Source: Candidatus Poseidoniaceae archaeon (lineage in GTDB: Archaea; Thermoplasmatota; Poseidoniia; Poseidoniales; Poseidoniaceae). Taken from it: a stretch of DNA of 64,000 nt. Location: contig CBFIJH010000002.1 of assembly GCA_965662895.1 (NCBI GenBank), positions 148,125 to 212,124 on the forward strand. The letters run 5' to 3'. A program made the translations under genes and the position numbers. Shown here piece by piece: positions 28,162 through 36,394 of this stretch; the first letter of the stretch is position 1, and each line of letters starts with the position of its first letter. The notes beneath the pieces were generated by a model. That model did not search any database. It was not told the origin of the DNA and was given only the letters and a program-made list of their open reading frames with translations.

Positions 28162-29691
28162 ATGCGCAAATCAATCGTTTGTACACTCGTAGCCTGCCTT
28201 TTGCTCTCTGCAATGCCTTTTTCCGTGACTGCAGATGAAACAGAAGATATTCCAACAAACGCTGCAGCAACGGGTGTCCACGATTCCCTCGTTGCAGCCC
28301 TCGCCCACGCCGGGCTCGTCTCAACACTCGAAGGCGAAGGACCATTCACGGTCTTTGCCCCGACCGATCAGGCATTTGCTGACGCCGGAATCGATTTGTC
28401 CACATACGACACACCTGAGAAGAACGCAACACTCGCCGACATCCTCCTCTACCACGTTCTTGCTGGTAACGTCTCATCCTCCCAAGTCACGGATGGTCTC
28501 TCAGCAGTCATGGTAAACGGTGACAAAGCCACGTTCACCGTGGAAGACAGCACCGTCAAAATCGGAGATGCAACAGTGACCACAGCCGATGTTGCAGCAA
28601 GCAACGGAATCATTCACGTGATTGACAAGGTGCTGATGCCACCTCCCGGTGACATTTGTTACAACGTCGTTTCCCACACAATCATTCCAGGGGCCACCAA
28701 CCTGATCTGCAACTCCCACATGTACGTCGAGAATTACACCATGGGTGGACAAACTATCACAGGTTGTTACAACACGGTAACACACCAAGTGAGCAACATC
28801 AGCGCTGCTGAATGTGGCGCATACATGTGGACGCCCGCCGTAAACATCGCTATGACTGCCCAAGCAACAACCATCCACACAGCTCTCGTCGCAGCGCTTG
28901 GCGCAGCCGACCTCGTAACAACGTTGAGCGGAGATACAGAATACACCGTTTTCGCGCCAAGCGATGATGCATTCGCAGCTGCAGGCATCGATCTCGATAC
29001 ATTCGATACGCCCGAAGAGATTGCAGTGCTTTCGGATATTCTCCTCTACCACGTTGTCGCTGGAACAACACTCTCCACAGATTTGGCTGCAGGTGCGAAC
29101 ACTGTCACCGCAGCAAACGGTGATGAACTAACGATTACAGTTTCCGACACTGGGGTCGCAGTTGGCGCCGATGGTGCAGTGGTTACTCTCGCGGATGTAC
29201 CAGCATCCAACGGAGTCATCCACGTCATTGACAAGGTACTCACACCACCGGCCGACGATCCATTCGAAGGTATTGACTGTGCAGAAACAATCGGACTCAC
29301 ATCCGATGGGTACGGATTCACACCATCTGTGGTTAACATCGAGCCAGGTCAAACTGTTTGCTGGTCGTGGACCGATGCCGGAATGGCACACAATGTCAAG
29401 GAAGTTGACGGATTCCAATCCAGCACTTACGTCGATGGAGGAGTCACTTCTGGTGCTCCAGCAACCACAGTTGCTTTCCATCACACATTTACCGAGAATC
29501 AAACATTCTACTACGCTTGTGAACCGCACATCTCCATGAAGATGCACGGTGAGATCGTTGTCGGAGACGGTGGTGCAACCACAACAACAGGTGACGAGGA
29601 ATCCGAAGACGCCCCAGGCTTTGTCGCATCCACCATGATGCTTGCAATGCTCGGAGCGGTTTTGTTTATGAGCCGACGACGTAACCTCTGA
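28162..29691 (+). CDS. Surface protein: two fasciclin (FAS1) domains + plastocyanin/halocyanin-like cupredoxin + PGF-CTERM anchor
   Basis: Signal peptide; TVFAP(T/S)D, DILLYHV and SNG(I/V)IHVIDKVL each occur twice; type-1 Cu ligands HNV...CEPHISMKM; C-terminus PGF-TM-RRR. Confidence 0.88.
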   Translation: MRKSIVCTLVACLLLSAMPFSVTADETEDIPTNAAATGVHDSLVAALAHAGLVSTLEGEGPFTVFAPTDQAFADAGIDLSTYDTPEKNATLADILLYHVLAGNVSSSQVTDGLSAVMVNGDKATFTVEDSTVKIGDATVTTADVAASNGIIHVIDKVLMPPPGDICYNVVSHTIIPGATNLICNSHMYVENYTMGGQTITGCYNTVTHQVSNISAAECGAYMWTPAVNIAMTAQATTIHTALVAALGAADLVTTLSGDTEYTVFAPSDDAFAAAGIDLDTFDTPEEIAVLSDILLYHVVAGTTLSTDLAAGANTVTAANGDELTITVSDTGVAVGADGAVVTLADVPASNGVIHVIDKVLTPPADDPFEGIDCAETIGLTSDGYGFTPSVVNIEPGQTVCWSWTDAGMAHNVKEVDGFQSSTYVDGGVTSGAPATTVAFHHTFTENQTFYYACEPHISMKMHGEIVVGDGGATTTTGDEESEDAPGFVASTMMLAMLGAVLFMSRRRNL

Positions 29692-29703
29692 TGATGTGAT
29701 ACG

Positions 29704-30615
29704 TTGAACGTAAAGCGATGGTTGGTGGCTGCCGCTCTGGCGGCCACCACCGTTCTTGCGGCTTGGACCTATCTTGTCGTGTCCTATGACTCGCCTCTAG
29801 GTACGGACAACACGATTCTCATCAAACCAAATCCATCGACCACGGATGGTAACGATGATCTCCTTGCAACCCTCTCGTTTGGACAAGGAGCAGAAAACCT
29901 TGATTGGTCTTCGATGCGAATTGACCTCAATGTTGATGAGAACATCTACACATGTTCCTTTGGTCGTCAGTCTGCTTCAACAAACAGCGACTCGAAGGTT
30001 GACTCAAGACTTGCATCCGACGGTGTAACCTTCTCGACGATAATGGATGCAACATCTGAAACCGAGTTCACCTACTTTTCAATCCCATTGCAACAAGAGG
30101 GAAACCAATCGGAATTTACGATACGTGCCTCAAAAACAGATATCTTCCTCGCTGATGACGTTGCGTGGACTTACGTACCTGGAAAGTCGCTCCAAGAGGT
30201 TCAGTCTGTCAACCAGTCCGATTTGTCCAATGATACCTCGGAACGGTTGGAGTGGTATACGTACGACCTATCGGCCCACCGAATTACACCGAACGATGGA
30301 ACCTACATCCTGCTTCAAAACGACGTTTCTTTCAAATTGCAATTCCTGAGCTACTACAATGAGAAAGACGAGAGTAGGCACATCTCGATCCTTACATCAG
30401 CTCTCATCGCCGAAGAACATCCTGCTCTGCAAGATGATACGTTGGTCGTTCCTTCCCCTTGTTTGATTGAAACGCAAGGGAACTCAACCCTTTGGGGAGC
30501 AAATGAGACGATATTCCTTCGTGAGCAAGATGTGAACATATGTAGCGAGCAATGTGCAATTCGCTTTATGATTGCATATGAAATGGTTGAAGTGAAAACC
30601 GAAAATACGACCTAG
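29704..30615 (+). CDS. Membrane-anchored secreted protein with an HmuY-like segment
   Basis: N-terminal TM; WYTYDLSAHRITPNDGTYIL...FKLQFLSYYNEKDESRHI resembles the HmuY C-terminal motif. Confidence 0.6.
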   Translation: MNVKRWLVAAALAATTVLAAWTYLVVSYDSPLGTDNTILIKPNPSTTDGNDDLLATLSFGQGAENLDWSSMRIDLNVDENIYTCSFGRQSASTNSDSKVDSRLASDGVTFSTIMDATSETEFTYFSIPLQQEGNQSEFTIRASKTDIFLADDVAWTYVPGKSLQEVQSVNQSDLSNDTSERLEWYTYDLSAHRITPNDGTYILLQNDVSFKLQFLSYYNEKDESRHISILTSALIAEEHPALQDDTLVVPSPCLIETQGNSTLWGANETIFLREQDVNICSEQCAIRFMIAYEMVEVKTENTT

Positions 30616-30629
30616 TTTGAGCGGACGAT

Positions 30630-31676
30630 ATGAAGAACGTGCTCCGGAATGTTGGTCCAACATTCTTGCTTCTGTTTGTTCTGTTGGTTGCCCGTCAAAT
30701 CTATCCATATTCGTCATTTAACACGCCTACTGTTGATGAGGGATTCGGGATTGAGGTTGTTGCAACGAACCTTGGTGGTCCAACCTGCCTTGAGTGGTTC
30801 AATCAATCAACACTAATCGTTTGCGATCGGGATGGTGGCCAAATTTTCACCCTCGATGCCAACATGAATCGAACAACGCTCATTACCGGTTTGGACCGTC
30901 CTCACGACATTGCAATAGCAAACACAACGCTCTTTGTTAGCGAAGCAGGCCAACTTACGCGTTTTGACCACAACGGAGATCTTGGTGAAATTACGAATCG
31001 GACACAACTTGTTTCAGACGTTCCAACTGGAAATCATCAAACGAATGCGGTCAACATTCTACCAAATGGGACGCTTGTGTGGCACAGCGGGTCGACATGC
31101 AACGTTTGCGTCGAAGATGATGAACGAAACGGAGCGCTGTTGTGGGTGAATGCATCAACAGGTGAACATGGAGTTCTTGCGAGTGGTGTTCGAAATTCGT
31201 TTGATGGGGTTTGGGTTCCAAACATTGGTTACGTCTTCACCGATAATGGACGGGATTGGGAAGGTGACCATCCAGATGAAGAACTCAACCTTCTCACCGA
31301 AGGCGGCGATTATGGATGGCCAAATGACGATCCATCCAACCCGGTACCAGCTGGAAGTATTGCTCCGATTGCATCATGGACTCCTCATACATCGATGAAT
31401 GGCGTTGCAGTCCGTCCAGTTCATTCCCCGTTGCCGGGGGGGAACTCAACAATCTATGCAACTGTCTACGGGTCATGGAACACACTTCTTCCTCAAGGAC
31501 ATGAAATTGTTCGCATTGATTTGGACTCTACGAATGAAAACGTTGTGGGAACGACGTCGGTTTTTGCTGAGGATGTTGGAACTCCACTACCGATTGCGTT
31601 TCATCCAAATGGAGACCTTTACTTTGCAGTGTTTGGCTCAAACGGAAAGTTGTACAAAATAACAGCAAATAATTAA
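30630..31676 (+). CDS. PQQ-dependent sugar dehydrogenase (GSDH / sorbosone dehydrogenase-like beta-propeller)
   Basis: GSTCNVC, ASGVRNS, TDNGRD, DEELNLLTEGGDYGWP, PHTS, GSWN. Confidence 0.82.
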   Translation: MKNVLRNVGPTFLLLFVLLVARQIYPYSSFNTPTVDEGFGIEVVATNLGGPTCLEWFNQSTLIVCDRDGGQIFTLDANMNRTTLITGLDRPHDIAIANTTLFVSEAGQLTRFDHNGDLGEITNRTQLVSDVPTGNHQTNAVNILPNGTLVWHSGSTCNVCVEDDERNGALLWVNASTGEHGVLASGVRNSFDGVWVPNIGYVFTDNGRDWEGDHPDEELNLLTEGGDYGWPNDDPSNPVPAGSIAPIASWTPHTSMNGVAVRPVHSPLPGGNSTIYATVYGSWNTLLPQGHEIVRIDLDSTNENVVGTTSVFAEDVGTPLPIAFHPNGDLYFAVFGSNGKLYKITANN

Positions 31677-31706
31677 AATGCATAAGGAGATATGCAATCT
31701 ACATTT

Positions 31707-32837
31707 TTATGATAACCACGCATGCAATCTGGCAATACCTTCTCGGATATTTTCGAGAGAAGTTGCGTATGAGAGCCGAATGAGGCCAGCGCCTCCTTCC
31801 ATAAGTGAGCCTGGAATGACTTGAACACGCGCTTCAGCGAGCGCACGGTCGGCGAATTCGATATCAGACATTCCGGTACCTGTTATGTCAGCAAGGATGT
31901 AAAACGCACCTTCAGGTTCAGGAGCGTTGACTCCAGGAAGGCCATTTAATCCTTCATGCATAACGATACGCCGCTCGGCAAAGGACTCAGCCATGTGCTG
32001 GGTTTCTTCCTTAAGTTGAAGGGCAACTTCTCCCGCAGGCATGAGGAAGGTTGGTATGTGGGTTGCTGCCGATGTTTGGCATGTTTTGACAGCCTCCATG
32101 AATGCCTTCGGACCCGTAATCCATCCCATTCTCCAACCTGTCATTGCCCAACCCTTCGACCAACCTCCTATGGTGATGGTGCGGTCTTGTCCTCCTGGAG
32201 AATTGATCGGCGACGTGTATGGATGGTTGGACCAGACGAGCGTTGAGTAGATCATGTCATCAACAATCCATAGGTCATGTTTCTCAGCAAACTCAGAGAT
32301 TTTTCGAATTTCTTCTGGCGTGTAGACCGCCCCCGTTGGATTGTTTGGTGAATTCAACATGATTGCCTTTGTTCGTGGCGTTACGCTCGCTTCCAATGCA
32401 TCAAAATCTGGATGGTAAGAGGGCCTCGAGACTGGGACATGAACTGGAACGCCTCCAAAAATTCGAATCATTCCATCGTAGGATGGCCAAGCCGGGGCGA
32501 ACAAAAGGACTTCATCTCCTGGAACAAGCATTGTCATGAGTGAATAAAGAAGCGCCTGCTTGCACCCCGGTGTAATCACAACGTCTTCAGGGTCCGATGA
32601 GATATCCAATGTGTTGAGATGCGATGAAACTGCTTCACAAAGCGATGCGCTTCCTTGGGAACGGGTATACGCTGTTTCTCCTCGCTGTAGAGCATCGACA
32701 GCGGATTGAACGACAACTTTGGGCGTATCAAAATCTGGTTGTCCAACAGTGAATCGGATAACGTCAGGTGACGGAGGTGCGAGATACGCAGCGAAACCAC
32801 GACCTATATCGGAAAAGGCTGGGCTAATTTCTGGCAT
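31707..32837 (-). CDS. Class I/II PLP-dependent (aspartate) aminotransferase
   Basis: GQPDFDTP, GCKQAL, NSPNNPTG, DDMIY, GWSKGWAMTGWRMG; SD GGAGGTGA before MPEISP. Confidence 0.92.
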   Translation of the reverse strand: MPEISPAFSDIGRGFAAYLAPPSPDVIRFTVGQPDFDTPKVVVQSAVDALQRGETAYTRSQGSASLCEAVSSHLNTLDISSDPEDVVITPGCKQALLYSLMTMLVPGDEVLLFAPAWPSYDGMIRIFGGVPVHVPVSRPSYHPDFDALEASVTPRTKAIMLNSPNNPTGAVYTPEEIRKISEFAEKHDLWIVDDMIYSTLVWSNHPYTSPINSPGGQDRTITIGGWSKGWAMTGWRMGWITGPKAFMEAVKTCQTSAATHIPTFLMPAGEVALQLKEETQHMAESFAERRIVMHEGLNGLPGVNAPEPEGAFYILADITGTGMSDIEFADRALAEARVQVIPGSLMEGGAGLIRLSYATSLENIREGIARLHAWLS

Positions 32838-32916
32838 TTCATCACCTCCCGATATCGCTTCGAATTCATTATTCCTCTTCAAGACTTTCCAATTGTTTGA
32901 GTTTGTAATGGATTTT

Positions 32917-32990
32917 TGGAGCACGGGCGGAGATTCGAACTCCGGTCTCAGGATCTGCAGTCCCGCTCATAGCCACTCTGACACCCGTGC
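32917..32990 (-). tRNA. tRNA-Cys(GCA), CCA encoded
   Basis: Reverse complement GCACGGG...CGGGA-CT-GCA-GA-TCCTG...GAGTTCGAATCTC-CG-CCCGTGC-T-CCA. Confidence 0.95.
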
Positions 32991-33070
32991 GGTAGTTGTG
33001 CGACCAGCACGATGTATTTCAACGCGCCTCATCAAACATGCTTATGAAAAATCGTGTGCAGGAAGGAATC

Positions 33071-33586
33071 ATGCTTCACATTCATGGGCCAGGATGGACG
33101 CCGACAAAAGCTTATTATGCTTGCAGGTATGAAATTCTCAGGAAACCGTTAGGATTTTCTCAAGGTGCTGAAATTCTTCAAGACGACGAACAGGCCCTCC
33201 ATGCCTATGTGGAATTGGATGGAAAGATCGTAGCTGTTGGACGCAGCCATCTTATTCCACAAGCGAGCGATGGTTCGCAATCGGACTTCCCTGGTCAAGA
33301 TGGCCCAAAGACCCCTCCTTTTTCTGAACTCCACGCTGCAAATAGGCCAGCAATACAAATTCGACAAATGGGAACCTTGGACAAGTATCGTCGTCGAGGG
33401 TTTGCTGCCCAAATCCTTCGTGCATTGGAAACCGCATCGCAGACCCATTTCGGAGCAACATGTGGATTCCTTCAAGCTCGAAAAGTTGCACTCTCATTCT
33501 ACGAATCTCAAGGATGGACAACCCTCGATGCGCCGTATTCAATACCCAATGTCGGGCCACATCGCTCAATGATGAAACGATTTTGA
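33071..33586 (+). CDS. GNAT family N-acetyltransferase (YiiD/ElaA-like)
   Basis: RYEILRKPLG, VAVGR, QIRQMGT..KYRRRGFA, LQARKVALSFYESQGW. Confidence 0.85.
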   Translation: MLHIHGPGWTPTKAYYACRYEILRKPLGFSQGAEILQDDEQALHAYVELDGKIVAVGRSHLIPQASDGSQSDFPGQDGPKTPPFSELHAANRPAIQIRQMGTLDKYRRRGFAAQILRALETASQTHFGATCGFLQARKVALSFYESQGWTTLDAPYSIPNVGPHRSMMKRF

Positions 33587-33705
33587 ACACTGTCGCCTTT
33601 ACAAAGAGTGGACTGCTTGATATCTTGGCGATAGGTTGCTATGATACAAGTCACAGAAACTAACAAGAACGACTCTTATTATATGAATACAAGGAGGAGA
33701 GACAG

Positions 33706-34380
33706 ATGGAAATGAACGCTGAGGACCTTTCCACGAAAAAAAAGAACGAGCGATTCCTTGAAGCTCTGAGAACACTGAGCAATCAAGACCCCGTCTCTTT
33801 TTCGGAGATTGCCCCAGAATTGCTTCAGCGCTGTGCATACTATTGGAGAGGGTCAGATCCTTATTTCTCAACGAAACTCAATTCTTGGCTTTCTTATGAC
33901 ATGATGTGGAAACCCTTTGGAGAGATTATCCCAGATGATGCGAACTTTGCAAAACGCATAGATTCCGATGCATTTGACATAAAAATGTACAGTGGCGCAA
34001 CAAAGGCGCTCCTTGAATCACTGCAAACTCGATTTCCGGAAGATTTCAACCAGTGGGATGCATCAATCCGTAACCAGTTTATCATCCTCGGGATGATCGC
34101 CATGGGTCGTGAAAAAGGAGAATATCAAGGAGCACTTGTTCACAGGCTCGGCCTGGGATCGGGAGATGTACGAATCAGAGGATCCAATGTTATTCGGGCC
34201 GCGAAAATCGCCCTTGCCCGACTGGGGAAAGATAGCGGTGCAGAGCTTTTTGCACCTGCTTCCGGCCATGGTGTTGAACGAGTACACAAAATCTCAAGCG
34301 CTAAATTATCAGAAACGATTGAGCGCTTCGTCCTTTCTCATTCTGCTTCCGTGCTTCTGCCCCCTCCGAGGAACCTTTGA
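33706..34380 (+). CDS. Hypothetical protein, possible C-terminal winged helix
   Basis: 224-aa ORF with SD AGGAGGAG and an AT-rich upstream region; ILGMIAMGREKGEYQGALVHRLGL has a wHTH-like pattern. Confidence 0.6.
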   Translation: MEMNAEDLSTKKKNERFLEALRTLSNQDPVSFSEIAPELLQRCAYYWRGSDPYFSTKLNSWLSYDMMWKPFGEIIPDDANFAKRIDSDAFDIKMYSGATKALLESLQTRFPEDFNQWDASIRNQFIILGMIAMGREKGEYQGALVHRLGLGSGDVRIRGSNVIRAAKIALARLGKDSGAELFAPASGHGVERVHKISSAKLSETIERFVLSHSASVLLPPPRNL

Positions 34381-34392
34381 CTCCTTGAAGCG

Positions 34393-34406
34393 TTGCTTTC
34401 ATATAC
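34393..34406 (+). promoter_or_regulatory. Putative TATA-containing promoter element TTGCTTTCATATAC
   Basis: Near-identical TTGTTTTCATATAC occurs at 36345-36358 upstream of the next gene. Confidence 0.45.
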
Positions 34407-34429
34407 TCTCGGGCTTTTGTAGAAAGTAG

Positions 34430-34710
34430 AGGGAACGCTGGGTTCCCTAAGAACACCCCCGTGAAAAGCGATGAATTTGGAGGAAAAAGTCAAGCAAACA
34501 GACGGAACAATATCGATGCACGCCGCCCTTTTCAAGCAGCACAAGCACCAGACAGATGTTGTACCTCAATCCTCCCTCCTGCAACATGCAGAGCGTACGC
34601 TCTGCACCTCTCCCGAGATTGAATGTACCAGCCCGGGTACCTTTGGTTCGGAAAGAGAGAACAGCGGGTTCTCTGTGTAAACACAACAAAAAAATTGGAA
34701 GTGAAAAAAA
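34430..34710 (+). ncRNA. Candidate long structured 5' leader or ncRNA
   Basis: Hairpins AGGGAAC-N5-GTTCCCT (34430-34448) and AGAGAAC-N5-GTTCTCT (34656-34674), a perfect 20-bp palindrome TGCAGAGCGTACGCTCTGCA (34587-34606), and an enclosing TCAATC/GATTGA stem. Confidence 0.45.
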
Positions 34711-36204
34711 ATGAACACGAATACGAAGACAAAGACAATGAGCATGCTTTTGGCTTTCCTTCTCGCTCTATCAGCAGCATCTGCTGTAAGCGGTGACGGA
34801 TCTGACCCTCTGGACCCCAACGATGGTGGTGCAGACTGGGACGGCGATGGTCTCACCAACGCTGAAGAACAAGCCCAAGGCACAAACATGAACAACGCAG
34901 ACAGCGATGGCGACGGTCTGCCTGATGGATGGGAGGTTGCCAATGGCCTCAACCCAACCAACGGCGGTGATGGCAATGCGGACTCTGACAACGATGGTCT
35001 AACCAACGCACAAGAGTACCAAATGGGTACCAACCCAAACAATGCTGACACCGACGGCGACGGCAAGAACGACAACGTCGACTCGTTCCCAACCGATCCG
35101 AACGATGGAGAGTACTCCGATTCCGACGGTGACGGTATCCCAGACGCATACGACCCAGACTTCCAGGAGTCTGATGCAGGCGCTGGTGATGGCGGCACTG
35201 AAGGCGGCGGCGAATCCAGCGATCAAGGACAGGGACAAGGTCAGGGACAAGGTCAGGGACAAGGTCAGGGACAAGGTCAGGGACAAGGTCAAGGACAAGG
35301 TCAAGGACAAGGTCAGGGACAAGGACAAGGCCAACAACAAGGCCAGGGTCAAGGACAACAGGGTCAACAAGGTCAGCAAGGTCAACAAGGCGAACAGCAA
35401 GACAATGGACAAGGTCAGCAGCAACAAGGTGGACAGCAAGGTGGCCAACAAGGCGATCAACAAGCTGGAGACCAAAACGGCGACAACCAAAACGGTCAGA
35501 GCCAACAGCAGCAAGGCCAGACCCAAAACGGTCAGCAAGGTCAACAAGGTCAGCAAACCGACCAACAACAAGGTCAACAGCTTGACAACCAGGAACAAAA
35601 CGGTGAAACAGACAACGATGGCGATGGTATCCCAGATAACCTCGACAACGATGACGACAACGACGGAATTCCTGATGATCTTGACTCCAGCCCACAAGAC
35701 CATGACAACGATGGCATCGATGACGCTGAAGACAGCGACGACGATGGCGATGGAATTGACGACGATGAAGAAGTGAACGACAATGATCCGAACACGAACA
35801 TTTACGATCACGACAACGACGGTATCAGCGATGCTGTCGATTTCGACATCGACAACGATGGCGTTGACAACTGGAACGACGTAGACGAGAACGGCGAAGA
35901 CCTCTCCCGTGACCACGACAACGATGGCATGGATGACGGTGTAGATCCTGATGACGACAACGACAACATTCTTGATGTCGATGAAGCAGACGGTGACTTC
36001 GGTAACTATCGCTACGATCACGACAACGATGGAATTTGGGATCTCAGTGACACCGATGACGACAACGACGGTCTAAGCGACTGGTTCGAAATCAACGATG
36101 GAAACGATCTCACAGGTCAATTTGACTCCGACAACGACGGAATCGAGAACCAACTCGATGACGACGATGACGACGATGGAATCCTCGATTCCCTCGAAAA
36201 CTGA
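34711..36204 (+). CDS. Secreted Asp-rich Ca-binding (thrombospondin type-3-like) repeat protein with a central Gln/Gly low-complexity region
   Basis: Sec signal (MLLAFLLALSAASA); DxDGDGL repeats; (QG)18; four DHDNDG repeats; no C-terminal TM; strongly C-ending codons (GAC/AAC). Confidence 0.88.
   Translation: MNTNTKTKTMSMLLAFLLALSAASAVSGDGSDPLDPNDGGADWDGDGLTNAEEQAQGTNMNNADSDGDGLPDGWEVANGLNPTNGGDGNADSDNDGLTNAQEYQMGTNPNNADTDGDGKNDNVDSFPTDPNDGEYSDSDGDGIPDAYDPDFQESDAGAGDGGTEGGGESSDQGQGQGQGQGQGQGQGQGQGQGQGQGQGQGQGQGQGQQQGQGQGQQGQQGQQGQQGEQQDNGQGQQQQGGQQGGQQGDQQAGDQNGDNQNGQSQQQQGQTQNGQQGQQGQQTDQQQGQQLDNQEQNGETDNDGDGIPDNLDNDDDNDGIPDDLDSSPQDHDNDGIDDAEDSDDDGDGIDDDEEVNDNDPNTNIYDHDNDGISDAVDFDIDNDGVDNWNDVDENGEDLSRDHDNDGMDDGVDPDDDNDNILDVDEADGDFGNYRYDHDNDGIWDLSDTDDDNDGLSDWFEINDGNDLTGQFDSDNDGIENQLDDDDDDDGILDSLEN
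35224..35331 (+). repeat. Coding tandem repeat, 12-nt unit GGACAAGGTCAR, encoding (QG)18
   Basis: Directly visible: ggacaaggtcag x4, ggacaaggtcaa x2, ggacaaggtcag, plus flanking variant units. Confidence 0.95.
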
Positions 36205-36258
36205 GTCAGATTTGATTGAGAATCAAGTCGTAACTCTGCTCCCTCGGAGTGGATGGCC

Positions 36259-36300
36259 GAACCTCAGGGGAGTCCGCTCCCCTGAGGTTCCTTTTCTTTT
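36259..36300 (+). terminator. Intrinsic-type terminator: 14-bp perfect stem + U-rich tail
   Basis: GAACCTCAGGGGAG-TCCG-CTCCCCTGAGGTTC-CTTTTCTTTT. Confidence 0.8.
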
Positions 36301-36344
36301 GATATCCTTCTTATCCGGGTGATACTTTCGACTTCAATCACCCA

Positions 36345-36358
36345 TTGTTTTCATATAC
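36345..36358 (+). promoter_or_regulatory. Putative promoter element TTGTTTTCATATAC
   Basis: 13/14 match to 34393-34406; lies ~37 nt before the ATG at 36395. Confidence 0.45.
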
Positions 36359-36394
36359 AGTTCCAAGGTCAGAGGACTGTTTAGAGGGGCTCTT

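Noticed and set aside
34430-34674. GAAC-N-GTTC dyads as LexA (Cheo) boxes
   Set aside because: The spacer is 5 nt rather than 4, the host is archaeal, and the downstream gene is not a repair gene.
34471-34680. 69-aa ORF within the leader as a leader peptide
   Set aside because: No clear SD or recognisable composition; the dense hairpins explain the region better. Not excluded without ribosome profiling.
34430-34710. RNase P RNA or SRP RNA as the identity of the structured intergenic region
   Set aside because: GGAGGAAAAAGTC only loosely resembles the RNase P GAGGAAAGUCC motif, and I found no matching 3' P4 strand or SRP helix-8 motif. An Infernal scan would settle it.
35224-35331. Tandem repeat considered as a CRISPR array
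   Set aside because: Contiguous 12-nt in-frame units with no spacers and no cas operon.
34949-36021. Long antisense and alternative-frame ORFs over the QG/Asp-rich gene (340 aa Val/Leu-rich; 248 aa; 244 aa RDKV repeat)
   Set aside because: Shadows of GAC/AAC/CAA/GGT codon repetition, which lacks stops in other frames. The + frame has a signal peptide, SD and coherent motifs.
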